Below are positions 47,182-60,084 of a DNA stretch of 64,000 nt, one piece after another; within the stretch, counting starts at the first letter, position 1; the number at the start of each line of letters is the position of its first letter. This DNA is from Dudresnaya verticillata (Eukaryota). The DNA is taken from contig OZ374564.1 in the NCBI GenBank assembly GCA_977862235.1, positions 2,046,001-2,110,000 on the forward strand, read 5' to 3'. Position numbers and translations under genes: made by a program. Under the pieces are notes generated by a model that was given only the letters and a program-made list of their open reading frames with translations, was not told the DNA's origin and did not search any database.

Positions 47182-49749
47182 GAGATTTGACGGAGCTGGC
47201 GCTGTTCCGGTTTGTGGAGAGGGGACAAGGGAGGCTTCATGGTCTGACTTCGTTTTGCCAGGGCACGAGAACGTGACTACATTCACGGAGGATTTCAAAG
47301 TCATGGAACAACCCCGATCTGGGGTTGTCAATGCTTTGGGCAACAACATTATTTTCCTGACATCGATAGCTGAGGTGATGCACTTAAAAATGCGCGCAAT
47401 GAATAGCAATGTTCCCGAACGGACGCAATGGGACGTCTCACGTAGCCAGCGATTGGGATTATTGTCCGGGAATATCCAGGAGGGTTCCAGGCGGCGCTGT
47501 GTCTGTAATCATCGCGCAGTTATGAATGGAATATCTGTGTCGCCTCGCAGGCATGGGTTGCTGAACACTGTGCTCGCAATGCGGAGCAGCGCAGATGTGA
47601 TAACAACTCTTGGAGAGATTTAGCAATGACGTTAAAGTATCAGCGACCCTTTGATGCATTCACATACAGAGGGGGTTTCAGAGGGATCGTGGATCGGGTG
47701 TCCCGTCCGAGGGAGGGAGCGGTGCACGTCACTGACTCAACGTGTTATGAGGAGGTTGTGAGACGGACGCATCGTTGGCGCGTCTTGTCATGTCGGGAGG
47801 TGTGAAATTGTTGCTGACGCCGTCATTTTTGATACAAAATGTGAGAGCCAATCCAAAGGCGACCTCCGCAAACTCTCAAAGCCGATTGTTTCCGACAGCC
47901 ATTACGTCATTGTGGCAGCTGCCACACGGATCGGGACCTTCCTGCGTTGTATTCTGCTGCAGTTACCGCCGAGAAGGTTATTGTTGTGGCATGCGACAGG
48001 AACCTTGGAGACGCAACCCCCATCGCGGCAAGGAACAACGTGCAGAACGCTCTTCAAAAGCACCGGTCCTGTCGTCAATGACGAATCGTCATATCGTGGC
48101 CACGAAGCATGCCGGGATGTGTGTTGCACTGCATAAAGAACGAGAGCTGTCGCAATTGAGTCTTAGGATTCAAGAGATCTTTGCCGAGACGCAGCATCGT
48201 CGAAGGCAAACGCTTTCACGAGCCTTTTCAGGTCGACGACGTAGCAGCGTTCTCTAAAACAACCTATGAAGACAGCTTACAATACTTTCAACATTCTGGT
48301 TGTGCCTTTGACTTTGCGACTTCGACGTTTTTGTTCTTTTACGTAAGCCATCGCGGGAAACGCAATTGCCTTTGCGTTAACATGTTATGGTTACTGTTAC
48401 TGCTCATATGCATGTCGGTAAGGCGAGAAGAATTTGCTGCCCGTCATCACACAGTTGCGTTTGTGGTTCTAGACAAGGATAGTAGCATTGAACTGCGGTC
48501 ACTACTGAAAAGGAATAGACTACAGGTATGTACATGTAGCAGTGTGAAAGAAGGTAACAATCGGAATGAAGTCGCAGCGAACTCAACCCCATAACATGTC
48601 GCAAATGAATCACTGGTCAAAGGGGATTAGTTCTGCGCGTCGTTTCAATATCTTGAAAGTGGACGAGAACTACATAATTCTTTGGACCGAAGCTTTGCAT
48701 TGAAGTTTTGTCTCCCCTCTACCACAGCCAGCAAACTTCGCATTCTGTGTGGAGCTTGTGAGCATTGGGAAACATCGCTTAGCTCTTACACATCTAGCTC
48801 GAACAGGTCCAACAGAGGTTTCAAATTGATATGAGGGATCCGTCCATTGCAATGCGTGGACCTGACTCTATTTCTGAATCAGAAATTCTGATGAGAACAT
48901 GAAATTCTTCAAAGCAGGCGCAGTCAAACATTCAGTCAGCCGTATTATCGTTATCCCAGGAACAGTGTTTTACACGGACCCTCATTTTCGAGAGGTGCTC
49001 TGATGCACAAAAGAAGTGGGCTAAGTTCTCTTCGACAGTTCCTCAGGCCTGGATTCGATCTGTTGAACTAGGCCTGTTTTTCCTTGCGTACCTCCCCTTC
49101 TTCGAAGCAACCAATGTTGCAATCAAGGCGTCGCTTTTATTCTGCCAAATGCTTGCTCGACACGTCTCTGCCCCTCTGATGGGTCTGTACCTGGATGGAA
49201 TTCCTTGTAGGGTCGCATCTGTGTGTTCCACTTGGGATGCAGTATTATTCCATGTAGGTTACGCTTAGTGCTTACATACCTCTAGGGTCAGTTTACTTCA
49301 GTTGAAATTGTTTTACTCTTTTCTTAGTCTTTTTGGTAGTATTTAACATTGGTGGAACATCACTTTAAGAAAGGCGTAAAAGCGGGTCCCATAAGGGGAC
49401 GAGACTACGAGGAAAGACTGGGGGCGCTGAGAAGGAGCCGACGCTTCACAGAAAGGGCTACATATTGGAACACAAACGAAACTAGACGAGTGAGGAGAGA
49501 ATTCTTAGCAAAAAGCGGATTCGAGCCTTTCTTGTCAGCGATAAAGTTCCCAAGTGCTTGCAGTCCAGAATGAAAGCTGATTCCAACTCGGCCGTAGATA
49601 CCCATTACTAACGGATGGAGGGTGATGCCATGAACATATCACGATAGTGGCGGCGCTTAGCACGCTCGCGAGCGGCAAGGGCCTGTCCACAAACAAAGCG
49701 AGACGAGCTTGAATGAGAATGAGGACTTATGATCATAAGCATGCGACAA

Positions 49750-50426
49750 GATCTTGTCCCAACTTCCAGCAGTACTGATCTACCACACGCTTCTGTTTGG
49801 GTTTGGCTTGCGGACATCTTCTGGATCTTCATCGGGAGCGAGCTCTCCGTTTTCGTACCGCGCCTGATTTTGGTTGGGCAAACAGTTGTTGTCATTGCGA
49901 ATTGCGAATTGCGAATTGGGTTAAGGAAGCGTCTCCGCCTTTGAGTCGTGTTGAGTATTCTAATTGCACTCGTCGACTTCTTGCTGGTGATTACAATTAT
50001 CCTAATTCTGGCAGCGAATGTTTTTCTATCTTTTGCGGAGATACAGACCTAGAGGATGAATGTTGCAAGGTTCTACTTATTGAAAATAGCGCACCGTTCT
50101 CTTTTTTGGTAACTGGACAGTACATCACAGAACTTATTGTAGTTGGAGCACTGGCAGTGACCAGTGGTGTAACTGCGTTATTAGCGTACAGTGTTCTCTC
50201 GTACGGCGAACGAAAGGAAGTAATGAACGAGCAAGTGATGTTTCTAGAAACGAGTTCATCGATTGTGGGAACAGTGTTTGTTGTGTTTGCCATGCAAGCC
50301 CAAGCCAAAGATGTTGGGGCGTTGGCTCTGACCATAGTGATGCCTCAAATCCTTGCTCTAGTAGCCCCTCTGCTGGTTGGGTATTCTGTGGCCATGGCTC
50401 GAGCTATTCGATCACAAAGGGCATGA
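49750..50426 (+). pseudogene. Membrane protein copy TM4, 5'-truncated and frameshifted
   Basis: LADIFWIFIGSELSVFVP...ECCKVLLIENSAP...NEQVMFLETS...RAIRSQRA. A duplicated TGCGAAT shifts the frame near 49.9 kb. Confidence 0.85.
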
Positions 50427-52214
50427 ATAGACCAAGATATGCAAATTGGGAGTAATTCAGAAAGAAGATCAGAGCGTATTTACACGTGTAGCCTGTGCTC
50501 GCACAATATCGCACAGGCTCTCATAAAAGAGTCTGTGGAATGAATTTGTATGATACACACTTGAGGGTTTTGCACCTATCTTTTCAATTCCACACAATGA
50601 AAGTAATAATGCACACTGAGGATGCCGTAGACACAAATGATCCCAGAAAGCAACGTTTCTGGGCCTGTACCATTTGTGTGGCTTCGTTGCAGATGTCGAT
50701 TACGTCTGAGAGCCACAGATTGGAGAACAAGAGGCACAAGATGAGTGGTAAGTTGCAGCTTTTCGACGGAAGGGGAGGTAACTTTCTTCACAGTCACGAA
50801 GGAAGCAATTCTTTGTGACTCCATGTTGGAATCCTGTTGCAGTACATCCATACATATCAATCACCCTTGGGTGGAGTTCAGCAAAAGAATGAGGAGTGAT
50901 AGCAGAAGCATGCAAGCCTTGCGGAGAGTGGGTGAATCTTCTAGCATCAACAGATATGTCCATGCGAAGATGATTTGGCTTATGTACGGGTGCTGATCGG
51001 ACAACTGAGAGAGGAAGCGGGAATCTCGTGATCGTTGTTGGAAAGTGCGGGAATAGTAAGGGATAGGGCTGAATCCATGCCGGAAGCTGACAATATGCTA
51101 GTACCTCTCAACCTTCCCCATCCCGCCGCGATGCTCATGTACGTCAAGCTCAAGCCATAGAAAGCAGTCTTCCACATCTGAGTAACACCTCGAAGTATAT
51201 TTAAGCAACTCTGTTTAAAAGCAACAGCAATCGCAACGGAGCGTTTGTTAAACTCAATGAGGGCTAAGCGTCTTACCCAGACCAAGTGCTGCACTTTCAA
51301 CCCTTGGTGCTGGCAATGAGATTGTAACTCCTATTTAATACGGAGAACTCTACGGTGCATTTTTCCCCTGGCCAGCTATTGTTTGATTATTGCAGTCACA
51401 CACTAACGACTTATTTGGGTAGGATGTGGACATTAATGAATGCGGTGCAAAGTTATGGGAAAAGGTTTTATGGGGTAGGCTGTTCAAATTTGTGGGAAGC
51501 GTGTGTAGAAGTTGTTCGGGTTTCCACTTGGAGAGCAAGGGGAAAACACCACGTTGATGAATGTAAAACAAAGGCACGTGGGATCAACGAAACTACCATA
51601 CCTGGACGGCGCCGACGACTACTCCGCACAAAAAAAAGAGTCAAGCTAAAATGGCTCACCCCCAACATCATTATTACGGCAGCGGGAAAGAACGAAATAA
51701 ATAAATCCACTCAGTAAATGCGGCGAGCTGTGCGGCCCTTCCATTGTTGGCACCCGACAAGCTTCTCCTCAAGCCAAACCCTTCGTTCGTCACTCTGCCG
51801 GTGCAACCAAAGCTAAAGGGAAGGGAAGGTCCCTCCCAGTCAGTCCCTGCACAATACCTGCTGTCTGGCTCAACGCAAAGATGAAGCCTTGACAAGAGCA
51901 GCAAGCCGTTCTCATGCCACGATCCGCTAGATGACACTGCTGTGTTGGCGTCTACGTAGGATTTCCAAAGCGCAGCAGTGCGTCTGTTGAGCAGCAGCAC
52001 ATTCTGTCAAACTCGGGAAAGTAAGAGATACAGCCTTTGCAAAGAGTAGTATCGCACAACTAGCAAACAGGACGACTCGCTCTGGCTGTGTACCCATGTG
52101 AACACCACCATCCATCGTTTTGCAACCCGGCAACGCAAAGCATTCCACCGATTCCCGCAGCGGGGACTTGGCCACCTTGCAAGCTTCCTTGAACAAACCC
52201 TACACCCGGAACTC

Positions 52215-52221
52215 TATAAAA
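52215..52221 (+). promoter_or_regulatory. TATA box of SP2
   Basis: CTCTATAAAAG ~115 nt before ATG 52336, conserved with SP1. Confidence 0.7.
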
Positions 52222-52335
52222 GCACCGAAAGCTTTTAGACCAACCCTGCCTCTCCATACCGTTTACAAACGCAACTCAGTCAAGTCATCGGTCAAGAAAG
52301 CAACTCCCGAAACCCGCTCTCACTTCCCGACCACA

Positions 52336-53196
52336 ATGAAGAGCAACTGCGCCTTCCTCGTTTGCCTAGCTCTTGCTATAGCTTCCGCTTCAGCCAAAAC
52401 CGGCTACATAGACATTCCAAAGTTCGTCTTCCTCGGCGCCGTAAACAGCCAGGCTTCCAAGATGCAGGTCTACCTTGACACAATGGGACCATTCAAGAAT
52501 GCCGGCACCGACTCTGCCACCTGGTACTACGACGGTTCCTTCGTCCAGCTTCCAACTGGCAGCCGCATCAGCTTCCCTATTCCCCGAATCAAGGTCACCG
52601 GTGGCTTCAGGCGCTATGAATTCTTCATCAACAACTTTGCCACCGACACCATCCACTTCTCCCTTCATGGCACCCAGTGGAAGCTCCGAATCACCGCAAG
52701 GGACAACAACCATGCGCTTATGGTCGGTTGCATAAACAGAAGGAGGGACAAACCCTGCACGGTCCATGCTCTCAACCACAAGGCTGCTGTCCATAACTTT
52801 TATATCGACCTTTTCTTCACTCTCAAGTTTGACGGCCCTCACTTGACTTTGGTGCCGAATGATGTGTAAATAGACTTTGACTACAAGATACATTCCCTTG
52901 TTCTTAACACGGCCGCCAAGATCATCAACTATTTCAAGGACATCAAGGACGCTGCTCGTAACGCGCTCAAATCCAAGCTCATGAATGAATTGAAGAAGCA
53001 TTACATTAGGAAGCACCTTTCTATGGATCTGAATGAGCTCATCTTTGATAAGCTCGTTGACTTTCTGCCTTCATCGCTTGCCGACAAGACCGACTTTATT
53101 GACTCATATGTCGATCTCAAGTCCATCGCCTGTGTCGGTAGCAATTTCCGGTTGGTGTTCACGTACCCAGACATCGTTCCTTCTTTGACCGTTTAG
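52336..53196 (+). pseudogene. Secreted protein copy SP2, premature stop and 3' truncation
   Basis: Collinear with SP1 from the signal peptide to PDIVPSLTV. TAA at 52867-52869; C-terminal domain absent. Confidence 0.9.
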
Positions 53197-53349
53197 TTGA
53201 ACATACCAGCTTGAACTTGCGAGCGTTGCTGTACTGCAAAGAGATTCGACGACTAGCGCTGTAACTGCCAACCTTTTTGCAAAGAGAGATAGAGGCAGGG
53301 CAAGGAGCTTTACGGTGGTAAGGAATATCTCTATACTAGTCAGGGACAC
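53197..53349 (-). pseudogene. Membrane protein copy TM5, N-terminal fragment
   Basis: SIEIFLTTVKLLALPLSLFAKRLAVTALVVESLCSTATLA aligns with AIEIFFTIVKSLALPLSRNKLAVVALVVESLCGIATIA. Confidence 0.8.
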
Positions 53350-53819
53350 CTAGGGTGTATGTTAATAGTAACTACCGACAGCAGCAGTAGATTGCGTCCG
53401 CTCGGCAATCGGGTTGAAATTGCTTTGAGCATTGATGTGCCTCGTCTTGAGTACTTGCACTTTTAGGCGCAATAGGAGACGTGGACTGCAGCAGAAACAA
53501 CTCTGGCACGGATTGAAAGAATGCATTTCGACGAGGTAAAGGAATCACTTCTTAGAACTCAAAGCTTTCGCACAAAACTGAACATGCGGGGCGGACGAAA
53601 CTGTGACGTGCAAACAAAACTTCGCCAAACACACGGAAAGATACGGTGGGATCAGTATTCGAACCTTCGGGCGTTTGTGCAAGGCCGTGAAGAAGATGGC
53701 CACAGCGGACGGGCCCTTGCCTGCTCATCGTGCTGCAACCGTGGTTACCGATCACGCGACGCAACGGCTGTCTCAAATGGCCACTGTTTTGCCAATTCTG
53801 TCCGCATCACACTTGCACA

Positions 53820-55318
53820 TTAGGAAGACGGCCTGTACGGGCTCATCCCGGGCTGTTGCGGGAAGCCCATTACATCAACAGGGGCCGTCGCGAATGGCGC
53901 TCCATTGGGCGGCGACGTCGCCTGCCATACGGGCGCATTCCCAGGACCACCAGGGTAGACGGGAGGTGTCGATGGGTGAAACCCACCGTAGATGGGCGGA
54001 GGATGTGTCGGTTGTGCCTGTTGTTGTGTTGGAAGATATCCGAGAGCAGGGGGTGACCCGGGAAAGATGGGCTGTACTGGCAGTCCTGGCGAAGGCTGGT
54101 CTTGTTCGTCAAACGCCACTGACCTGCGCTTGCGGACGAAGGTGATGGTTATCGCTAAAGCGATAAGAACGGCTACCGCAGCACCAGCAACAATGGCAGC
54201 GATAGCCGTTGTAGACAGAGCAGCGCCGGATTCGGATGTTGATGCACCCTCGACAAACAGAGCGGCTGTGTTGCGGGCTTTCGTGTAAGAGCTGACAACG
54301 ACCGTGTCGAGCCAGGACGCAAACACGGATGTGCGGACGAAGACCGTCGGGAAGCGCGGCTCGCCGCACGTAGATGTGCCGTACGAGACGACACCGAGAA
54401 CGACTGGATTTCTTGAAGAGTCGTACTGGATGAGCGGGCCACCGCTATCACCAGAGCTGTTTGAATGAAAGAATGCAAAGGTCAGCACCGGGCCAAGTTG
54501 CAGACGGTGGTCTGCGTGCGTGAAGATGTATGCAAGGGGCCGAGTGGAGATACTTACCACGGGGAACAGTCGCCGCGATCGTAGTAACCCGCACAGATGT
54601 GGAATGCGGGGTCTGTGGGGCCATCACTGTTTGACCAGGCGTCTCTACATGTCCTATTTGGGTTGGAAGGCATGTCGACCATGTTAAGTTCGCTTCTGAT
54701 GGTGGCGACGCCCGCTATGGTTAGGCCATAGCCGACGGCGCGGACGAAGGATTCGGACTCCGGGATGCTCGGGTTGACGTTGACCCAAATCGGGGTGGCA
54801 TCGGATATGGGGGCTGGTTCGTCCAGCTCAACGATGCCGATGTCGAAGTTTTTGCCCGTGCGGGTTTGGGGGGAGTATTGCGGGTGCGGGGTCACGGATC
54901 GGACAGACCTGCTGAGCGCGGCCGAGTTGGGGACAACGCGGGTGTTGAAAACGACGGTGGTCGGTCTTGTCGGGGAGAGACAATGGGCGGCGGTAAGGAT
55001 GTGGGTCGGGTTGAGCAGCGCGCCGGTGCACGACTGTCTGAAGAAGGAGCCCGAGGAGCGGCCCAGCGCGACGAGGTACGGGAGCAGGTGAGCGGCGGCC
55101 GGGTCACCGTTGCGGATGAATGGGGTGGCGGCGGAGCGGGCCGCGGTGTCGGCGGTACTGGTCGGGCCGGCGGTTGGGAGCACGATTGGGCATTTCGCCG
55201 AGCGGACCGACGCGGTCGGGAGGCGCGGGGACGCGGCGGCGGCCGCCGCGCAGAGCGCCAGCAGCACGGGCAGCGCGAGCAGCAGCGCGAGCGCGGACGG
55301 CGGGGCGGGCGCGAGCAT
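53820..55318 (-). CDS. Type I membrane-anchored S1 serine protease 1 (exons 55318-54558, 54456-53820; 465 aa)
   Basis: Signal peptide; PF-IRNG activation site; TAAHC; FDIGIVEL; splicing (GTAAGT 54557...GCTGAC...CAG 54457) restores PCSGDSGGP. TM helix followed by RKRR and a Pro-rich tail. Confidence 0.92.
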
Positions 55319-56847
55319 CTAGGACGGGTCGGGGAGGGGAGGGCGGGGCGGGATGGGGTGGCGCGGCGCGGCGGGGGCGGGATGGGGTGGCGCGGCGCGG
55401 CGGGGGCGGGTCGGCGGGGACGGGCAGCTTCCGAAGTTCGGCAGCGGCACATTGCGGCGGGCGCGTGAGATGTTAGAGGAAGGAGCGAGTTGTGGGCGGT
55501 AGCGCGGTGTGCGCGCGGCGGTGTGGCGAAGGCGGCGCTGCGGGCAGCGAGGCGCAAGAAAAGGGCGCGCGGATTTGCCGCAATTGGCGCTATTTGGCGC
55601 GTGGCGAGGCGCGCCGGCGCTGCTGGCGCTGCCGCATTGGGCACCGGCAGAATCTATGTACTTCGCCGCGCGCGCGACCAGCGCCGGCGAGTGAAGCGCG
55701 GCCGGTGCCAAATCGGGCGGTGGTGCCGGCGCCGTGTCTCGGTGTGATGTGCAGCCTCGACTTGGGGCGCGCGCGAGACGTGCCGGCGTTGCAGTTGTTC
55801 GGTGCGCGCGCGCGTTCGCTCGCGGCGGCGCGCTGCCTCGGAGGGCAGGCCATGCGGCGGCACGCGCGTGACCAAGGCATCCATCTAGACTCTTCGTTGC
55901 ATCCGGGCGCGGGAGCTCGGGCGGCACTTGTCAGCGCTCGTCGCGGCTGGTGGCTTGGGTGACCCAATCCGGTCGATGCGGTGGTACAGTAGTGCTACCC
56001 GCAGAGTTGCGGCCGTGTCGGAGCCACGGCCGCCTCGCCGGACTAGGCGCTGAAGCGAGCTACTTCTGCGAAGGAGGCGCACCATGCAGGGGCCTCATGG
56101 CAGACTTTGGTTGTTGCTGCTCGCTAGTGCCGCTCTCTTTACAAGGTGTTCGGGGCTGTTTGCCGAAGGCTCGGCAGTACCGTACCTTCCCTTCAGGTAC
56201 TTCCGGAGCATCGGTGATGCGCGAGCGTGGCGCTCTCTGCAAAACGCGGATCTCGCTGGATCTCGCTGGCGGCAAGTGGGATGGTAAAGGGCGTAGTGGT
56301 ACCTGTCCATTACGGGCTGTGGTATATTCCTTCCAGTTGGACTTGATGAGGCCGGCTTGAGGGAGCACAAGCGAAGCAAGGCCTTTCTTCACTCCTCGCG
56401 AGCGTAACACGGAACCAAAGGCTCATGCCGTGTCGACCATGCAGTACCGTTGGTCTCGTGCTGCGCGGAGAGCGCTGCGGTGTTCTGCAGCACTCTCCAA
56501 ACAAACCGTCCTTTGCGGGTACACTACGGCCTTTGCATACACTTTACAGAACGCGTGCCGCCCGAGAAGGGCTCGTAGCAACTGCGAAGCCGCGGCGCCG
56601 GAGCGCTGGTTCGGTCGTCCAGCAACGCAGTATTATCTATTAATCCGCGTAGCAAGCGCACCTCAGGCGACCACGCGCTCCCCGCCACGCCGAAAACATG
56701 CTCGCACCCGCCCAGCCCTTCGCATCTCGGCCGTTCCCGATGGCCTCATCAGCCACACCGACACCCGCGCCCCGCCAGCCCCGCGTCATGATCGCATGAA
56801 CAGGAGCCCCACGCCTCGCTGCGAACAAGATGCAACACCCGACCATC

Positions 56848-58346
56848 ATGCGCTTAACACGCACCCATGCGCCCGTCATCGCCGTCCTCTCCCTACTCGT
56901 CACCGCTGCTTCGGCCGCGCAGCGCTCAACCACCTGCCCCAAAGTCATACCAGATCCCGCTGCTGGCGCGGTCGAGCCGTTCATCGTCAATGGCGACGAG
57001 ATCTCCCCGGGACTGCGGCCTTACATCGCCGCGCTTTTCGTGGACGGCCAAAACGAAGGCGATAAATCGGTGGAGTGCTCCGCCTTTCCTATCGCCAACC
57101 GCTTTCTGCTAACTACTGCCTATTGCCAGCCCGGAGCTCCGGAAAGCTATATCGCCTTCAACACCGACGATGTGCATGCCTCAACTGGTCCGTTTGTTAA
57201 AGTCAAGCAATTTATCGTACATCCGCTCTGGAAGTATGGTGATGATGCAACGTATGACATCGCCGTTATCGAGCTTGAATCCAACATTCCTTCCGAAGCC
57301 AAAATAATGAAAGTCAACGTGGAGTGCAACCTCCCCCTCCGAGAATCCTTCACCAGAGCAGCAGGCTACGGAGTCCTTACCAATAACAAGACTACGCCTG
57401 GACTTCTCAGGCAAGTGGACGTACCGTTCGTTTCTCCAGACGAATGCGAGAAGCTCTACACCTCTAACTCCGATGATTTTTTGTGTGCAGGGTATGTTGG
57501 GAAAAGTGCCTGCGGTACATGGTAAGTTCTGCTTGCAAAAAGCAAAAGATGACGGCGGCTGAGTTTGAAGTCTTTGCTTTTGAGACAACGAGCTGATGCC
57601 CGCCAGATAGCTGACTCCCCATTCCACGATATGCATTCTTCCTCCGCAACTCGCACTTTTGTGTGGTTGTGTTTGACAGCGATTACGACGACGGCGGCCC
57701 GCTCATACAGTACGATCCTTCCGGAATCCCTGTAGCGGTCGCTATTCTATCTCGCAGTTCCGTGGTTTGTGGTGATGGGAAAATTCCCGGCGTCTACGTG
57801 CGGGTATCGAACCACATAGAATGGATTGAGGAAAAGATCGGCGAGAAGTTGAGGCGGTCCAGCCAAGTCGAGTCTGTATTTGGCAACGGTTCAAGCGTCA
57901 TCGCGATTGGCACAAAGCAGTGCCTACAAGACCCGATGATTAGTGCGGTTCCGGGAAGCAAGCCTGCGACGTCGCCGTCTTCGACACCAAAGCAGGCGGC
58001 AAGCCAATCTCCAAAGGCATCGGCACCGGCGACGCAAGCATCCACGGGTCCTACATCTCCGACGACACCAACGCCTCCGGCGCAAACATCTCCCGGGCAG
58101 GCGTCTCTGACGGAAACGTCTCCAACGCCGGCATCGTCGGGGCAAGCACGGCCGCGGCCTGCGTCTTCCACGCCACCCAGTCTGAACCCGGCTCAGCCGA
58201 ATTTGTCGCAGGAAGGCTCGACGGGGACTTCCCGAGGCGTCGTGGTGGGCGTTTTGGTGGGGCTGCTGGTGTTTGTGCCGGTGGCGCTGGCTGCCATTGT
58301 GGTTATCAGGCGCGGGCGCGCAAGGGGCAGGGGCAGCGCGATCTAG
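56848..58346 (+). CDS. Membrane-anchored S1 serine protease homologue 2, catalytically inactive (exons 56848-57521, 57680-58346; 446 aa)
   Basis: Signal peptide; PF-IVNG; TTAYC (His>Tyr); YDIAVIEL; spliced CDYDDGGP (Ser>Asp); S/T/P stalk and TM helix. Intron GTAAGT...CAG at the same site as in proteases 1 and 3. Confidence 0.9.
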
Positions 58347-58616
58347 CGTGGGTGAGGGTGGTTGTGGCGGAGGAGGCGCGGGCAGTTGGGAGCTGGTGTG
58401 GAAGGTGTGTGCCTCGGTCGACAAGACGGACAAAAGGCGTGGGGTGAGTTGGTGTTGTCGGTTTTTGCAGGAATGGAATGGAATGGAATGGAAGAAGGGG
58501 AAGTTACGGATTGGGGTGGAGCTGGTCGTTGTGGTGGAAACGGCGGGGCGGCGGCAGGTGGTGCTCATATGCGGGGGACTGTGGAGACAGCGCACGCGCA
58601 AGTGTGGCATGATGAT

Positions 58617-58664
58617 GGTGGTGGTGGTGGTGGTGGTGGTGGTGGTGGTGGTGGTGGTGGTGGT

Positions 58665-58694
<30 letters not shown>
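58617..58694. repeat. Compound microsatellite (GGT)n(GT)n
   Basis: Visible directly in the sequence. Confidence 0.95.
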
Positions 58695-58698
<4 letters not shown>

Positions 58699-60084
58699 CG
58701 TGCGTGCTCCACACAGGTGGGGCAAAGGTGGAAAGGTGGCGGTTGGGAAAGTTCTTGGGGGTTGGTTGTGAATGGGACAGTGGGTTGCAGGCTGTTCCAA
58801 ACAAGCATGATAATTATTACGGAAGCTGAATGAATGAATATGTGCAACACGTTGAACACATACGCGTTGGATGATTCCGGACGGGGGCGCGGTGGGTGGG
58901 TGAGTAGTATTGTAAGTTGTTGTTGTTGAAAATCTCTCAAGTTGTCCGACGCGGCACTAGTACGGATGGAGTAAGGCTACCCTCGAGGGTACTGCAGTGA
59001 GTATTTACACAGTCTACTGTCACATATACACACACAATGGCACAACATGTTGAGCGTCTAGCGAGCGCTGTGGTGTTGATCACAACATGTTGCGGCTCGG
59101 AGTGCTTAACCCCGTTTGATCAAGCTCGAGCGTTGAAAGCCTAATCGCCCGGGTGTCAGAACGTGGTTGAGGATTGAACAGCGGCAGCTCAAAGCACTGC
59201 TCAGTCAAATGATAACAAACAGTGCTGCGTTGAAGCAAGCTTTCCAAAGACGCCTCTGCATCCGCATCATCATCACGCTCGTTAGCCTTCCGCAGGTTGC
59301 GCTCCGACCAAGCGTCCCAACCAGTGCCACCACCCCGCTCTTCTTTCCCGATTGTCCTTCGCAAGCCCTCGCAGCACAGCGCGAGCGCCCTCGCCAACAA
59401 AAACGCCTGGCTTGCCGCCGTTCCGATACTCCGCGACGAGAACGCGCTCTTCCGTCGCCGCGTCGCGGCACACGCCCGCAAGCTTCCGAACGCTTGAAAT
59501 AGCAGAGGTTGCAGACGCTAGTGATTATGGCTGGAGGAACAGAAGTAGATGGAGGGTGGAAGTCGGGGGCCGTGGTGGTAGTGGGAGAGGTGAATCATAA
59601 GTCAGCAGCATTACCGTGACGTGACCCTGGAGGGTGTCAGAATTGGGGAGTCAGTGCAGCGCCCTCAGGATGGTGCCATTCCGCAAGACAGCTCTGTGGC
59701 AAGCTCTAGCCCTGGGCTGTAGCAAAAACACAGCTGTTGATAGCATACGGATGCACAAAAGCACTAAAAGAGTCGTCGGGCGGTGCTTCATGATACTACC
59801 GAGTGCACGGCTCTCGACAACAGCTTCCACATAGCGTAGGAACTAGCGACTCAGAAACGGCTGTCTACATTGATTTATGGGTTACTGTAGGTAATCTAAT
59901 GGTCTAAAAGCGCACATAAATAGTGTAATAGAGCCCACTCTGCATGTATGTAGGTGGACTACTGACCGTACAAACGGATGCCGGAATGAACATTTTAAGA
60001 ACGCTTCACACACAGCTTAGCAAGCGGTTTCCGTCCGCCGTATACATATATCTCTCAACGCGTTCGGACGTGCCCATCTGTGTG

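Noticed and set aside
47300..49700. Several 60-160 aa ORFs
   Set aside because: No motifs, paralogues or splice support.
46499..53016. Similar ORFs 46499-47002 (+) and 52390-53016 (-) as a second gene family
   Set aside because: They are antisense shadows of SP1 and SP2.
54866..56410. Long Arg/Ala/Pro-rich ORFs on both strands, and a signal-peptide-like ORF at 56084
   Set aside because: Expected by-products of extreme GC content, or shadows of protease 1. The 56084 ORF stops after 67 codons.
57924..58940. 338-aa ORF and other poly-Thr/His/Val/Gly ORFs
   Set aside because: They are translations of the (GGT)n(GT)n microsatellite and the antisense of protease 2.
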